From Haliotis rufescens (taxonomy: Eukaryota), in the NCBI RefSeq assembly GCF_023055435.1, contig NW_025963779.1:16430001-16494000 (forward strand): 64,000 nucleotides of DNA, given 5' to 3'. A program made the translations under genes and the position numbers. How positions within the stretch are numbered: position 1 is the first letter of the stretch; each line of letters starts with the position of its first letter. Shown in pieces: positions 12,421 to 24,795 of this stretch. Under the pieces are notes generated by a model. That model was given only the letters and a program-made list of their open reading frames with translations. It ran no database searches and was not told the DNA's origin.

Positions 12421-13889
12421 TCCTTCATTGTACAAGCCAAGGACATAATTATTCTAATGTTACAACCTCTGGGATTCCAACTTGTAACCTCACTGATTGT
12501 GTGTGTCACTGCAATCCGACAGAGAGGATGGTTGGCTCAGCAGTTCTTCTGGTGACCGGGCAGGGCTGTGCTTTCCTTAAACATGCTATGATCCGATGAT
12601 CGTGGGTTTGAATTCCAGACTTTCCACACCCGTACACTTGGGTTTCCCCAAAGTACATCTAGGGTCTGCATCTCATTGGTCCTCTTCCAACATTAGGTCA
12701 ACAGTGGCGACACTCTAAAAAACCCTGAAACATTGTTCACAGTGGCGTTAACCCCAGCTCACTCACTAACTCCAGACTCATGTATGTAATGGCTGTCGTG
12801 AAATAACTGTATAGTTGATCGCATGCATTTGTAAAACTCGCTCATGTGTGTCAATGCGGTAGGTCCCTTACTTTGATTATGGGTCAGAATAGATCATCAG
12901 CTCCCAATGGTAATCACAATAGTCGAAAATGGGGATTAGGTGATTACAAAATGTTTCACCTGGCCGGTTAAGTGTCATCATGACCCTCCGGCGTGGCTTC
13001 CAGCTCATACTATCAACCACTAGTTTGACTGTGACGTAAACAACAACGGGAACAACTAAGTAAAATTTCTATGTTGACACTCATTTGCTGAATATCAAAA
13101 TGAAACTTGGCTCCCCTATTTCATTAGTGCTTCATTTATACGACTCAAACTAAGGTAAAGAACACCCACAAAGGGAAGGCTGTGTGTTGGAGTACACGCC
13201 AGCCATGACAGATTAACGATAGTCATATGAAAACATCGGATATTCTTTAACATATTTTGAGTAGTATATATAGGCCATCATTGCTGAGTGCTGCTGAGAC
13301 TCCAGAAAAATGCTCAGCTCAGAAAGAAATAAAGTTATACGTTATGACACTTCACAAAATTTTAATAACATGAACAAAAATACTTTCCTATTACAAAAAT
13401 TACGTTTCGACCAACCTAACCTGTATGTATAAATTCTAAACACAGATGATAAAAGGCCTGTCAAAAACATAATATCTTGACACATATGCATCTGTATTAT
13501 CATAATCACTAACTTATATGAAACACATAATGACAAGACGTTAGATAATTTCATTAATATGTAAAACTAGCGGAAACAAATGGGACGAAATAACTCTTAT
13601 TCAAAATGTTCCTTGGTATATTACATGGTAGCACCAAGTTCACATTTTTCACACATACTGTACAGAAAGAAAACAACTTAACCAATCCCGTATATAATGG
13701 ACAACATAAATTATATATTTAATGTAACCAAAACCGTATGCAGTGGATAACATATAAAATAGTAACCAAACCCGTAAATAATGGACAACATAAACTTTCC
13801 ATAGATTCCTCAGCATCTGAAATCATCTGTCATCGACAAGGATTTCATAGTATGTAACTACATTCTGCAACGGATAGTTAGCAAGTGCC

Positions 13890-16800
13890 TTACAAATAGG
13901 CCATTCTCAACACCCTATCGCCACCGTGGGTACAGGTGCTTGCCTTGCCTCCCCACGCCTTCATCACAGGTCTTTTTGACCACTGTCCTTGTCCACAGCG
14001 GCTGGCAAATAGCTGTCTTATGCGGAACTGCCTTTTTCTTTCCTTCTGAAGGATTCTTCTCATCAGACACAGTCTCTTCATTTCATGGAAAGTGAGCTTA
14101 AAAGGGGTGTGTGTCCCAACATCTTCAGGGCCGTCACAGGCGTGCTTCATCTGACAGGTCAATCCCTCTTCATCCTTTCCAGAGAAGATGTGCACCCGTC
14201 TGCCAAACCCTCCAGGACAAGCCATTTGACGACCCCAGGATCTGCCCATGACGCAACGAATACTCTTCCTCTCATTATTTCTGCAGCTTGTTCTATTCTC
14301 ACCCATGTTAAATTTGTCAGGGTTTGAAGCATAACATGATGTAACTTGACGGTTGATTGTCTCTCTCAGATGCTGGCCCATTCCAATGTGGTAGGCACCT
14401 CTTTTACCTCCAAATCCATATATTCTTCCAACTTTAGGTCCAGTTCCACGCAGATGAAGACGAAGACCACGGCGGCAGGTCTTCAAGACAGGTCTTCTTC
14501 TGTGTCCGTGCATTCTTGGACATGGGTGTTTATGAAATCTGTTAAGGCCTTGAAGGTATCGCAAGCGACGCATGCGTCTTACAGTACGAAGACGATGAAT
14601 TCTGAACGTAGGTCCTCTTCTATGGCTCCTGCACATTTTGCCTCTCTGCATGTCACAGCCCGCTTCATTGCAATTTGGTATCACTTCATTAATTTGACGA
14701 CGCATCCCATGCCTTCGGTTATTTCCGAGGTATATTGAAAGGGTCTTCCTGGGAAACCTGTTGAACTCCCAGTTTGAAGCTTCATCTTCCGTGGTTTCCC
14801 TGTTGGCTCTTCCCTCCATCGTCCTCCACTGGCGACGTATGCATCGTCTGATGTGGGGTCCGAATGCTCTCTGCCATTTGTTTCTATGCGTTGTTTCCAC
14901 TCTGTCATTGGTGTTCTTATCGAGTGACTCTGACACATCATTGCTAAACCTCACGCGACGTTTAGGACAACTCTCAATTCTATGGAGATTCTTTACGTCA
15001 CGTTTGTTCAGACATCTTCCCTCATTCGAACGCTTACATCCAGGCATGTTTCCCGAGACACTCGTGCAACGAACACGACGACGCTGACAGCTGGCAAAGC
15101 TGTTATCAGCGCAGTGGCTATTGGTGTAATGTTCATCTTCAGTTTTATCATCTCGCCTGGACCATCTTCCAAAACAAGGCTCATTTGTACGACGCCACCT
15201 TTTCCCACTGACCTCATGGTGGCCCATGGTGCGTCTACCTGGTCCGTCTTGACCAGCGCGATCACTACAGGATGCTTGAAATCCTCTGCAGCCAACAGGG
15301 AAGGATTTCCTGGCTCCATGACATCCATAATACCAGAGAGGCATAGTGACACTTTCAGTACCCCTGGCGTATCTTGAAGCCCGGCCTGCTTGCATTGATC
15401 TCCAATGTGGGTTCAAACAGAGATCGTCTTCTTTGGTATCACTACACTGATGCTCGAGTCCTGTCGTCATCCGCCTTATCCAAGGTCTTCCACATTTCCT
15501 GGTAGTCTCATCACGCTGGAGGCGACCATCTTTTTGTATCACCCGCCTTCTCCAACGTTGCCCACAGGAATTCGAAGGAGACGTACCATCATTAACATTC
15601 TCCTTCTGCGGGCAGGGACGTTCTTCTTGCATCACCCGCCTTCTCCATCGTGCCCCCGGAGACGTACTATCACTTTCAGCCCCATCACGCTGACAGAGCC
15701 CGCCCAGTTCTCTCTGGCGTCGCGTCCCCCAGACTTTCGTTGGGGTCACCTGCTCCGTAGCTGTATCTTCATCGGCTGTAGGGTTTGACATGTGCTGACG
15801 TCGACGATGACGCCAGCCGGTCACAGTGCAAGCTTCAGCACCGTTGTGCCCACAAGATGCTTGCAACTGCCATCGGCGACCATTTCTACAGAACTCTCGT
15901 CTGGATCCGCCTGCATCTGAAATACATAACATGTGACTGACTGTACAACTGAAGTCAGGAAAACAAGATGGCAGCTTACTTGAACAGGTCAATCTGGAAA
16001 ACATGTATTATCCAATTTCAGACTTCAGAAATCATGTTTTTCTGCCTGGTAAGTTGACCACCGTTTTATCATCAGTAATATTAAATGCCATCGAAAATGA
16101 CGTAGTTCAGCCATCATACATTTCTATTTTGAAAATACACGTCAATATAAAACGCCACATGACCAATCCGACAACAGAACTCGTTTACAACTCCTTTCGT
16201 CAATTTACAATGATTGCTTATCTAACAATTCTTTTACAATAATTGCCTATCAAACAATTCATTTTACAATAATTGCCTATCTAACAATTCATTTTACAAT
16301 AATTGCCTGTCTAACAATTCTTTTACAATAGTTGCCTATCAAACAATTCATTTGACAATAATTACCTATCTAACAATTTATTTTACAATAATTGCCTATC
16401 AAACAGTTCGTTTTACAATAATTGCCTATCAAACAATTAATTTTACAATAATTGCCTATCAAACAATTCATTTTACAATAATTGCCTATCAAGCAATTCA
16501 TTTTACAATAATTGCCTATTAAACAATTCATTTTACAATAATTGCCTATCAAACAATTTTTTTTACAATAATTGCCTATCAAACAATTCATTTTACAATA
16601 ATGTATAAACTTGGGAGATGACTTACTGCTGTAGTTTCCCCTGACTTGTCCATCAGCAAGGGATGTCATGGCATCGACGTCGCCATCATCTTCCCGTCCC
16701 TGTTGTGGGATCTTCCTGGCCATTCTCATCAGACGTCTGAAGTGACGGGGTTGAACGTCCTTCTACAAGAAGAACGACGTCTAGGGTTAATTTTAATAAT

Positions 16801-18034
16801 AACTCTGTATGACATTTAGGGTTAATTTAGTACTGACATACAAGTATATGAACAGAACGAGAAAGATCTATAAAATGTTCAGACCTGTTGATGTCAAAGG
16901 ATTAATAGTTGAGCTTATTCAGCCAAGAAAACGTTTTTCTAAAATGGTATATGGTCATTAACTACAAAAGAAATATCTGAACTTACCGTCTCCATCATTC
17001 TGTGTCCTCCAGCGTCTGCTCCTTTATCAAAAACACGAGATCTGCGCCAAGTATTAGCGTCAAGGGAAGTAACTCCTTCGGCTCTGTTTGTCACGTCGTG
17101 CTCTGTCAGGCACAGAAACAAAGTCTCAATACAGGGACACTATTCAGGTCACACTGTGTACACACGTTTTCGGTATGTGGCCCTGTGCAGACGGGCTAGT
17201 TCGTTTTGCCGCTCGCATAATCTACGCATTTATCTTATTCACCGTAAAAGCTCAGAGGCCATATCGCACCCCGACATCATTTCATAGTTACTTGAACATA
17301 TCAAATTCTTTTTAAAGAACAATTTACATTGAACAGTAAAACGGATATTCCTCAGAAGCTAGTAATTGAACACACTAGGCAATATATAAATCTATTTTGT
17401 ACTCTTTATGTTAATTGGAAATTATCTCACCTCTGACGGCGATTTTCATAACGGAATCATTGGCACTGCTAAGAGCTTCTTTGAGCTCTTCCTCTGAGGA
17501 GAAAGTTATTGAATCTCCATCTTCATCTGTTAAGAAAAAACAACCAGTATGTTTTAAAGCATGTACTACTGTCTGTCTGTCTGTTTTATTTTTCAATTCA
17601 TGTGTAAGAAAATATTTGCATGTTTTCATGGCGATGATAACAAAGCGGTTCACAACGTTTTTTTTAAACATTAAGTAGAAAATAAGCCAATATATATTAA
17701 CATATGTCAGTAATGACACGACGAAATACATCCAACCAATGACCAATTGGACATACGTTAAAAAGGTATATATTTTACGAATTATTCCTTAAAGTAGTTA
17801 TTTTTCGCACTTAGTCCAACGACCTCGTTGTATATTCATGTAGTAATAAGGGAAAAGTATACCTGTCCAGCACAGTTTGAATGTGTCCGCATCAAGGTGT
17901 GGAAACACTTGCATCACCTTCTCGTTGATGAAGGTGTAACTAAGGGCGGCGTTATCGGGAACAGGGAAACGTCGGACCTCAGGAGTCGCGTTGCCCTGTG
18001 GCTCATAAATCATCTTTATCACCAAGGATTGCAT
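13890..18034 (-). CDS. SQSTM1/p62-like PB1-domain protein with a very long Arg-rich tail; no ZZ or UBA seen; 5 exons, about 848 aa
   Basis: Exons 18034-17863 (MQSLVIK...PEVRRF...KLCWT), 17526-17431 (DEDGDSITFSSEEELKEAL), 17102-16987, 16762-16627 (KDVQPRHFRRLMRM) and 15916-13890 (2-kb open frame). Introns are GT-AG with phases 1,1,0,1. The PB1 Lys7, EVRRF and acidic OPCA motif match p62. Confidence 0.8.
16186..16601. repeat. 30-bp minisatellite (TTTTACAATAATTGCCTATCAAACAATTCA), about 14 copies, in intron 4 of the minus PB1 gene
   Basis: Direct tandem periodicity. It accounts for the NYCKMNCLIG repeat in ORF 16370..16729. Confidence 0.95.
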
Positions 18035-18235
18035 CTTGGGATTTCTCTGGACAGGAAATGTCGTACAGCAGTGGGAGAACTGAAGGATTCTCACGTGTAG
18101 CAATCTGTATTCGCTATTTAGACCGGTCTTATTTCTTTAGCAGACGACAATTGAGTCTTTGTTCAGCAGCTGCCGTAGTAACTTCAGTATAGCTGTATAG
18201 AGCGTGCCGGCGGAGTGATTTTGTCAGTAAAACTA

Positions 18236-18850
18236 GGGGTTTATATACCAGAAAATGAGTGATGTCAATTACTATTAATAGAATCAAACCGTTCTGAAAC
18301 GTTCTCGTGACCGGTTTAGGGCCGTCTCAAACTATTTCGGACCGGTTGCGTGAGAATCACGGGACCCGGGTCGATTGACAAAGTCACGTGACGTGTGAGC
18401 TCCGTTCCGAATGGTTCTTGGGCCGGACCAGTTCACATTCCTTGGCTCGGAGCCAACACTCAACTTAAATCTACATGAAGTTATATACACAGCTAAAGCA
18501 ACATACATGAACGTTCATTAAATGCAAACGTTTGAAATAATGCTTGTGCGTCAACAGATTGATTAACACGCCTTTAACTGTCTCGGGTTAGGTTTTAATT
18601 GATATTTATAACAAGGCAGTTGTACATCACAACCGGTTGATTTACTTGACACTCAGCCAAGATTGTGACGTCACGTGCACTGTCGTTTTTGATGCGTAGG
18701 TGTCGCGGAAAGTACTATCCACGTGACCATGACTCATCGACGCTCGTGATCCTGATGCAACCGGTCTGAAACGTGCCAGCTCCGTTCTCGGAACGTTTTC
18801 GAACGTTCGATTCTATTTCCAGAAATTACAACATACATCGGGTATAAAAG
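18236..18850. promoter_or_regulatory. Shared divergent promoter region with mirrored TATA, HSE-like and E-box modules
   Basis: TATA on the minus strand at about 18240-18247 and TATAAAAG on the plus strand at 18843-18850. HSE-like GAAcgTTTtcGAAcgTTC at 18791-18808, with a mirror copy at about 18281-18304. GTCACGTGAC at 18383-18392. TGACGTCA overlapping CACGTG at 18666-18677. CACGTGAC plus TGACTCA at 18720-18736. AACCGGTT at 18631-18638. Confidence 0.7.
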
Positions 18851-19017
18851 CCCGGGTTTGGGTTTGCTGACAGAATCAAGCGACTCTACCGCTACCTGCT
18901 GACGTGAAATCAAGACAAAAAGAAGCCTATAGAAGTTCTATCGTCTGCTGAAAAGATATTCCACATTCAAACAACTGTTGAAACTTATCGTCACTGAGAA
19001 TCAGCCCGAACAACACG

Positions 19018-22000
19018 ATGCAGTCTGTGGTTGTCAAAGTGTTTTATGAGCGCGAGGGGAGAGGAAGACCCGAGGTCCGGCGTTTCCCTGGTCCCAAGGA
19101 CGCCGCCCCTACACACACCTTCGTCCACGACAAGGTGACCCAGGTGTTCAAACAACTAGAGGCGGGGACATTCAACATGTACTGGAAAGGTGAGTTTTTC
19201 TTTTTATTTGAAAGTATTTGTGTTAATCGTGTTCATAATAACAACATCTATGATTATAATGAACAGTATAGAGTTACTGATGGATTCAGGGTTAGAATAT
19301 AACCTTAGGCAGCGTATGCTGGTCGTAAGAGGCAACTGAATGAATCGGGTGGTCGGGATCGGCGACTTCACTGATTGATTGTTATCATACCCCGACGGCG
19401 TAGAGCATTGCTCACAATAGTGATCACTGGTTGTCTGGTCCAAACTCGATGATGTACAGGCCGCCGCCATAGCTGGAGTATTGCTGAGTGCGGCGTTAGA
19501 TATCAAACAGTCACTGAACATGAATGTATTTATGAAGTATATCAGGGTTGGTTTCACTGTATTTCATTGAGTCTACACTGAACCATAATGCTTTGGGACG
19601 ACTCATTGCGTTGTGAAACAACATTCACTCACATATTCAGTATAATGTTCAAAGCGATTGTTATTCCTGTATCCTAATGATACCTTTAAAAGGTCAACTT
19701 GGATCTTTGCGTGTCATGTACCCCTACGGAGTGGGGTGTTCATGATATCAATCACTTGTTAGTCTTGTCCAGACCCGATTTTTCACCGAAACCTTCATGT
19801 ATCGGCAATATTCAATTTGTTTCTACTGCGCCGTTAAACATTACTCACGCACCCTCTGTACCTTTCAAATAGACTTAAAGTCATGTATTGATACTAAATA
19901 GTTCAAACATTCTCTTTTCATAGTGTATATAATTTTAAAAACATTTAATCGATATTTCATCAATAATTAGCGTAATGAAAATGGGTTTGAAAATATTGGC
20001 GTAAATTATTCTGCCCAGGACTATCTATTAAATGACGTAGATATACATGTTGGACGTATATGACAAAGCCCCGTTCATCCGCACGGTTCCATTCCTTGTA
20101 GTATCACAATTGTCGGATTAACATGTCATTGAAGTTACATCCTTTGAATATGTGTACACGTAATCCCCGATCTTCCGGAATACGGTTTTCCAGACTAACG
20201 GGGTTTCACTGTATAAAGCGTCAGACAATGTCAAAGTTAATATCATTTCTGGATAGTCAGTCAGCCGTCAGATTTTAATTCTATTTTTAACCATCTCACT
20301 TGTCTTTCGAGTTCGCGACAGTTGTCGCAGCATGTGTGTGTAGTTTCTGTTGCTTATTCGTACTCAAAGTTCACGTTCATTATAAACACGTAAGCTAACA
20401 TAAGCGAGCTATTGTTTCAGATGGTGAAGGCGACTTTGTGACGTGCTCCACGGAACAGGAGATGGACGAGGCCCTCTCTTCCGTCAAGGATTCCGTCCTC
20501 AGAATCTACATCCGAGGTACAAACGAACATTTTCTGTTCAATATAAATATAATACACAGTCGTGATTTACTGCTGATGGCAATCGCAGCCTGGGATACAT
20601 TCAAATTATCTTGATATATTGATATTTATGATCAATACAATCAACAGACTCGCTTGGATAGAGCGTACAAATGAATAACGTTGTGTATGTAGAGATTGTA
20701 TCGGGGCTTCAGTAGCTCTTTATTCAGTTCTACGTGCCCCAGCTTAAACGTTGACCAGATATTTCTTTTTACTTTGATACTGTTGACGACTGTGGTGATT
20801 GTGTGATTGTTGTTGTTGATGATGATAATGATCATGATGGGCATTAGTAGTCCTTTGCAGAATGAGTCAGATGTATATTTTAAGATTCAAGTACTGCCAT
20901 ATCAAACTAATCTTTTGATGAATGATCTTTTTGCCAGATGTCTCTCCTGCCGTATCCGAGGAGGATGAATGGGACTTTGACCGGAGGATGCAGGGGTGGG
21001 GCCGAGGGTGGGGCAGGATTGGTGGCAAGCGAGGTGCAGGCAGAATGGTGAGTTGCTAGTAATCATGACTAATTAAAAAGATAGCTCGAATACCTCTCGA
21101 AAAAAACCCTCGAAGTATCATTTTGACCGAAGTCACCGTACCATCTTCTCGTGTACCTTTATTTATTCAATATGCGCTCTTCTCATGGTATTTGATCAAT
21201 TTACACATTATTTTGTAGCCAATGGAAGGAATGGCCCCTCCTCACTTTCTCCGATGGATGAAGCGCATGAAACGCTGGAAGAAGAAGAATCAGTGCCATG
21301 AGTTAAGGACTGAAGGGGAGGCCACTCCCGGTGAAGAGTCCGACAAAACAGCAGATGGTGGCGCCCAAGCGGAAACTACGAACGATGCACCTGAGGTCAC
21401 AGAGGGCACATCTGATAGTAATGGTAGGTATCCTATCACACTCTCTTACAACAACATACAATCACTAATGTCCACTTTACACAAACAAGTTGATCCATGT
21501 GTGTCTGTGGTCCGTCTCCTACAGTTGGAGGGACAAGGTAGACCGAGTGTGAAGTGATTGAGTGTGGGTTTTTTGCCACTTTGGTAAAGACAGTTATGTC
21601 ACTACACCATAGCAAGAGACACCAACATGGGTGTTGGTCATTTTGCCCATTTAGTACCCTGTTCTTTGACATGGCGAGCAGTTGCTTTAACCAGTAGGCT
21701 ATCCCACTGCCTATTCCCTGTTTGGATATAACCGAGGTTGGCGAGATGATCGTGCACGTGTCCCCTGCATGGGTCTTAGTACCATTGTCCGACGTCCGTT
21801 CACAGTAATGTTGACGGTCAGGCAAATTAGTTCATCAGTGCTACATGGTCGTGGTCCAGTGAGCCATGTCTTCAAAAAAATCGTTTCATTTAGTACTGAC
21901 TAAAGGTTTTGTGTTACTCCCAATGGGTAGCGGCGGAGTAGGCTTGTGGGTTCAGGTACAGCATTCGCCCGTCAAGCCAAGTCCCAGATTCAGTTCCCAA

Positions 22001-22718
22001 CATGGGTCAAATGTCCAAAGCCCATTTCTGGTGTCACCCTCGTGATATTGCGTAAATCCATATACATGATGGTTGTGTCTTCTACCTTGGCCAGTATTGT
22101 TTGACCGTGTTCTTGTACTTGTATTTGACAGATACAGAAATGAAGGCAGATGGCCAAAGAGGAGCGAGAAAGTGTGGCAAAGGAAAGAAGGGAAGCCGAA
22201 AATGTCATAATCACGATCAACACCATGTTGAAGACCCCCAGACCAAAGAGGATGGAATCTTCGGATCCTCGGATGAGGACATGCCTCCGCCATTTCTCGG
22301 CCACCCTGGTATGTTTGCAGGTGGCCCAATGCAGTTCTGGGGCATGATGGGAACGCATCCTTATGCCTGGGGTGAAGGTTGTTGGAAACGAAGAGGATGG
22401 GGGAGACGTGGTGGTCGTGGTGGTCGTGGAGGCTGCAAGAGGAGGGGGGAACACTTCAGTGAGACGGAACCTTGGAACGACATGGGTTTTGCCGGATGGG
22501 AAGATGGACGAGGTGACCCAAGAGAGGGCGACAGAGGTCGATTCAGGGGTCACCCTCGAGGTGAAGGTCATGGTCAGGCACAGTGTCCTCGCAGACGCTG
22601 CCGCCGTCACAATGAGGCTGATGAGCCAATGGAAGCCTGCATAGAAGAAATGCGCAACGTCAAGGCCACTGACGACGTCATCACGCTTGATGTTGGGGAC
22701 GAGGCGCCCAAGATGTAG
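19018..22718 (+). CDS. SQSTM1/p62-like PB1-domain protein with an RGG/Gly-Arg-rich tail; no ZZ or UBA seen; 5 exons, about 389 aa
   Basis: Exons 19018-19189, 20421-20516, 20938-21047, 21219-21423 and 22132-22718. Introns are GT-AG with phases 1,1,0,1. The first two exons have the same lengths (172 and 96 nt) as in the minus-strand paralog. Motifs MQSVVVK..PEVRRF and YWK/DGEGDFVTCSTEQEMDEAL. AATAAA at 23122. Confidence 0.85.
19285..19510 (+). mobile_element. Family D SINE-like repeat, diverged
   Basis: GTCGTAAGAGGCAACT...GCTGGAGTATTGCTGAGTGCGGCGTT matches the other family D copies. Confidence 0.7.
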
Positions 22719-23814
22719 ACAGCTGAAGCTTGAAAGAGACGGACATGTGCAGCATATCATTTGGTTGCAATTTGAATATCTAAGACCCTGTCATGAAGAA
22801 CTATGTTTATAATTCCTTCAATCAGACACGGACTACGAAAAGTCCATAGTTCAATATATTTTGTACAGGACATAGCTTATATTAAAATATTGATTCTGAT
22901 GAATTTATCAGTGGTGCATAACAAAGTATTCTCATTATGTGTTGCTTGAACGTAAATGTACATATGACCATGACTTTGATGTTGTCGCTATGGCAACTGT
23001 ACTGCAATATACTTTTTGTAAATACAACATTCATGGTTTCATTCAGTATTGTGTCATATATGTGCTTTTACTGATACTGTTATTTTGTTTGTTATTTGAA
23101 TTAATTTTTTTCCAAGAGATGAATAAAATGTGTATATTGTAAAACATATACATTATTTTGTACTTGTTCACCACACACATGGAGAGTTCATGCTGTAACA
23201 GTCCACGTAGAAATGGACTGATGGTGGTGGATTGTCTGACGTCTTAGAAACATATCAAACTTATGTTCTCAGTAAATGCAGAGTTACGCTACAGATCACA
23301 TTCTAATGTCCCCTAAAGCTCATACAAAGGAATCACATAAAACATATATATATATTAAACAGGGCATTATATTTTAAACAGGGCATACCATACATACCTC
23401 ATGGACGCACACAGTCCACATTAATGACATGACATGCAAGTCGAGCATATGAGTGGGTGAGTGACTACGTATGGTTTATCAAAGCTTAAACAATATCACA
23501 TCACATCATTTATTTCTCAAAAAAGAACCACCCACGGTGGTACAGGAGAAAAAAGTTAAACATGATAATAATTCATATTAAACAAGATGTTGGTTATACT
23601 GTACAAATATTTGGAGATAAACGTTTTGCTTGAACATTTGTACGAACATTTAAACAGAAACCCTAACATAAGCAAACACATATACACAGTTACACTCAAA
23701 GGTACCTCTATGCTGTCTGTAAAAGGAACGTATCTACAACTAACACATGTACATCATCAATGCTGCAAGGTGTCGTGTACACTGTACGGTTCTCTATCAC
23801 CTGTGAATACAGGC

Positions 23815-24066
23815 TGTTGATTTGCGGTGTAGTCACTCATTTTAACCACGTATAAGGGCACAGCCTGGTTCAAGCGAGAAGGAAACTTAGTGAGGGAACG
23901 GTAAACCACAATTCAGAGTTTCGAGTTGGTTATTATCTTTCTTAACTTTCATATAATATGTTGATTTGCGGTGTAGTCATTCATTTTAACCAAGTATCAA
24001 GGCACAGCCTGGTTCAAGCGAGAAGGAAATTTAGTGAGGGAAAGATAAGCCACAATTCCGAGTTCT
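23815..24066 (+). repeat. Local direct duplication of about 110 bp
   Basis: TGTTGATTTGCGGTGTAGTCA...GGCACAGCCTGGTTCAAGCGAGAAGGAAA occurs near 23815 and near 23959. Confidence 0.85.
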
Positions 24067-24795
24067 TACCTTTAATCAAATATTCTGTACACGTCTTTAG
24101 ATCTCACCTCAAACCACCCACATTTCTAGCGGCTGTGACCTCAAAGTGTATCTCTAATCAACAGTAAACAAGCGACCTTTTCACGACACATCGGACTGCG
24201 TAACATAAATCGTCATTGCCATTCAAACTTAGTATATTGTGTGACTTACAATTCTTCAAAAACAACATGCAAAACGTAATAAACGTGTTGTTGCATTTAA
24301 TTAATCAAATTTATCAAAATTAACAATTGTGTCAGTCAACAAAGGCGAGTGCGAGAATGTCATTTGAAGTGGGTCACACGTGTTGACGTACGGCGGCTCA
24401 GTAAGTTTTCAAACATTAGCATTGACATTGCCAGACATGCACACCTTCACTGAGTGGATATATATTTGATCAAGTTGCAGTTAATTATTCGGAACCAGTT
24501 TCCAGAATTATGCGACTTCTCTTCGCAAGTTTAACTTTGGTTGTCAGCGGAAGTGGCGTTGTTGATGGGAATGTGGATTGTACTACCGTACACTGGACCA
24601 GCAAAACATTGTCTGCATCGGAGTTGACATCATCAGAGTGCGAGAATGGGGAGGAAGTGACAGACATGTCAGCTGACTTGAGGATTTTGTTACATGAATT
24701 TGTTTTTGACGGTATGATCTTACAAGTCACATCAGTGCTTGACAAAATATTTCTTGCTGGAAAGTTTACGTCCAGATAAAATTGCGCTAGCGCTA

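Noticed and set aside
16186-16601. 30-bp repeat array as a CRISPR array or a Cys-rich coding repeat (ORF 16370..16729)
   Set aside because: The units are contiguous with no unique spacers, the context is eukaryotic, and the array lies beyond the exon 4 splice donor at 16626, so it is intronic.
22480-22500. DMGF as a UBA-domain MGF motif
   Set aside because: The flanks are Gly/Arg/Pro-rich, with no three-helix hydrophobic pattern or downstream LL/AL motif.
21990-22760. 256-aa minus-strand ORF
   Set aside because: It is the antisense shadow of the GC-rich exon 5 of the plus-strand PB1 gene.
24485-24779. Paired ORFs on both strands (86 and 89 aa)
   Set aside because: They have no recognisable motifs or exon partners, and they abut a dispersed repeat.
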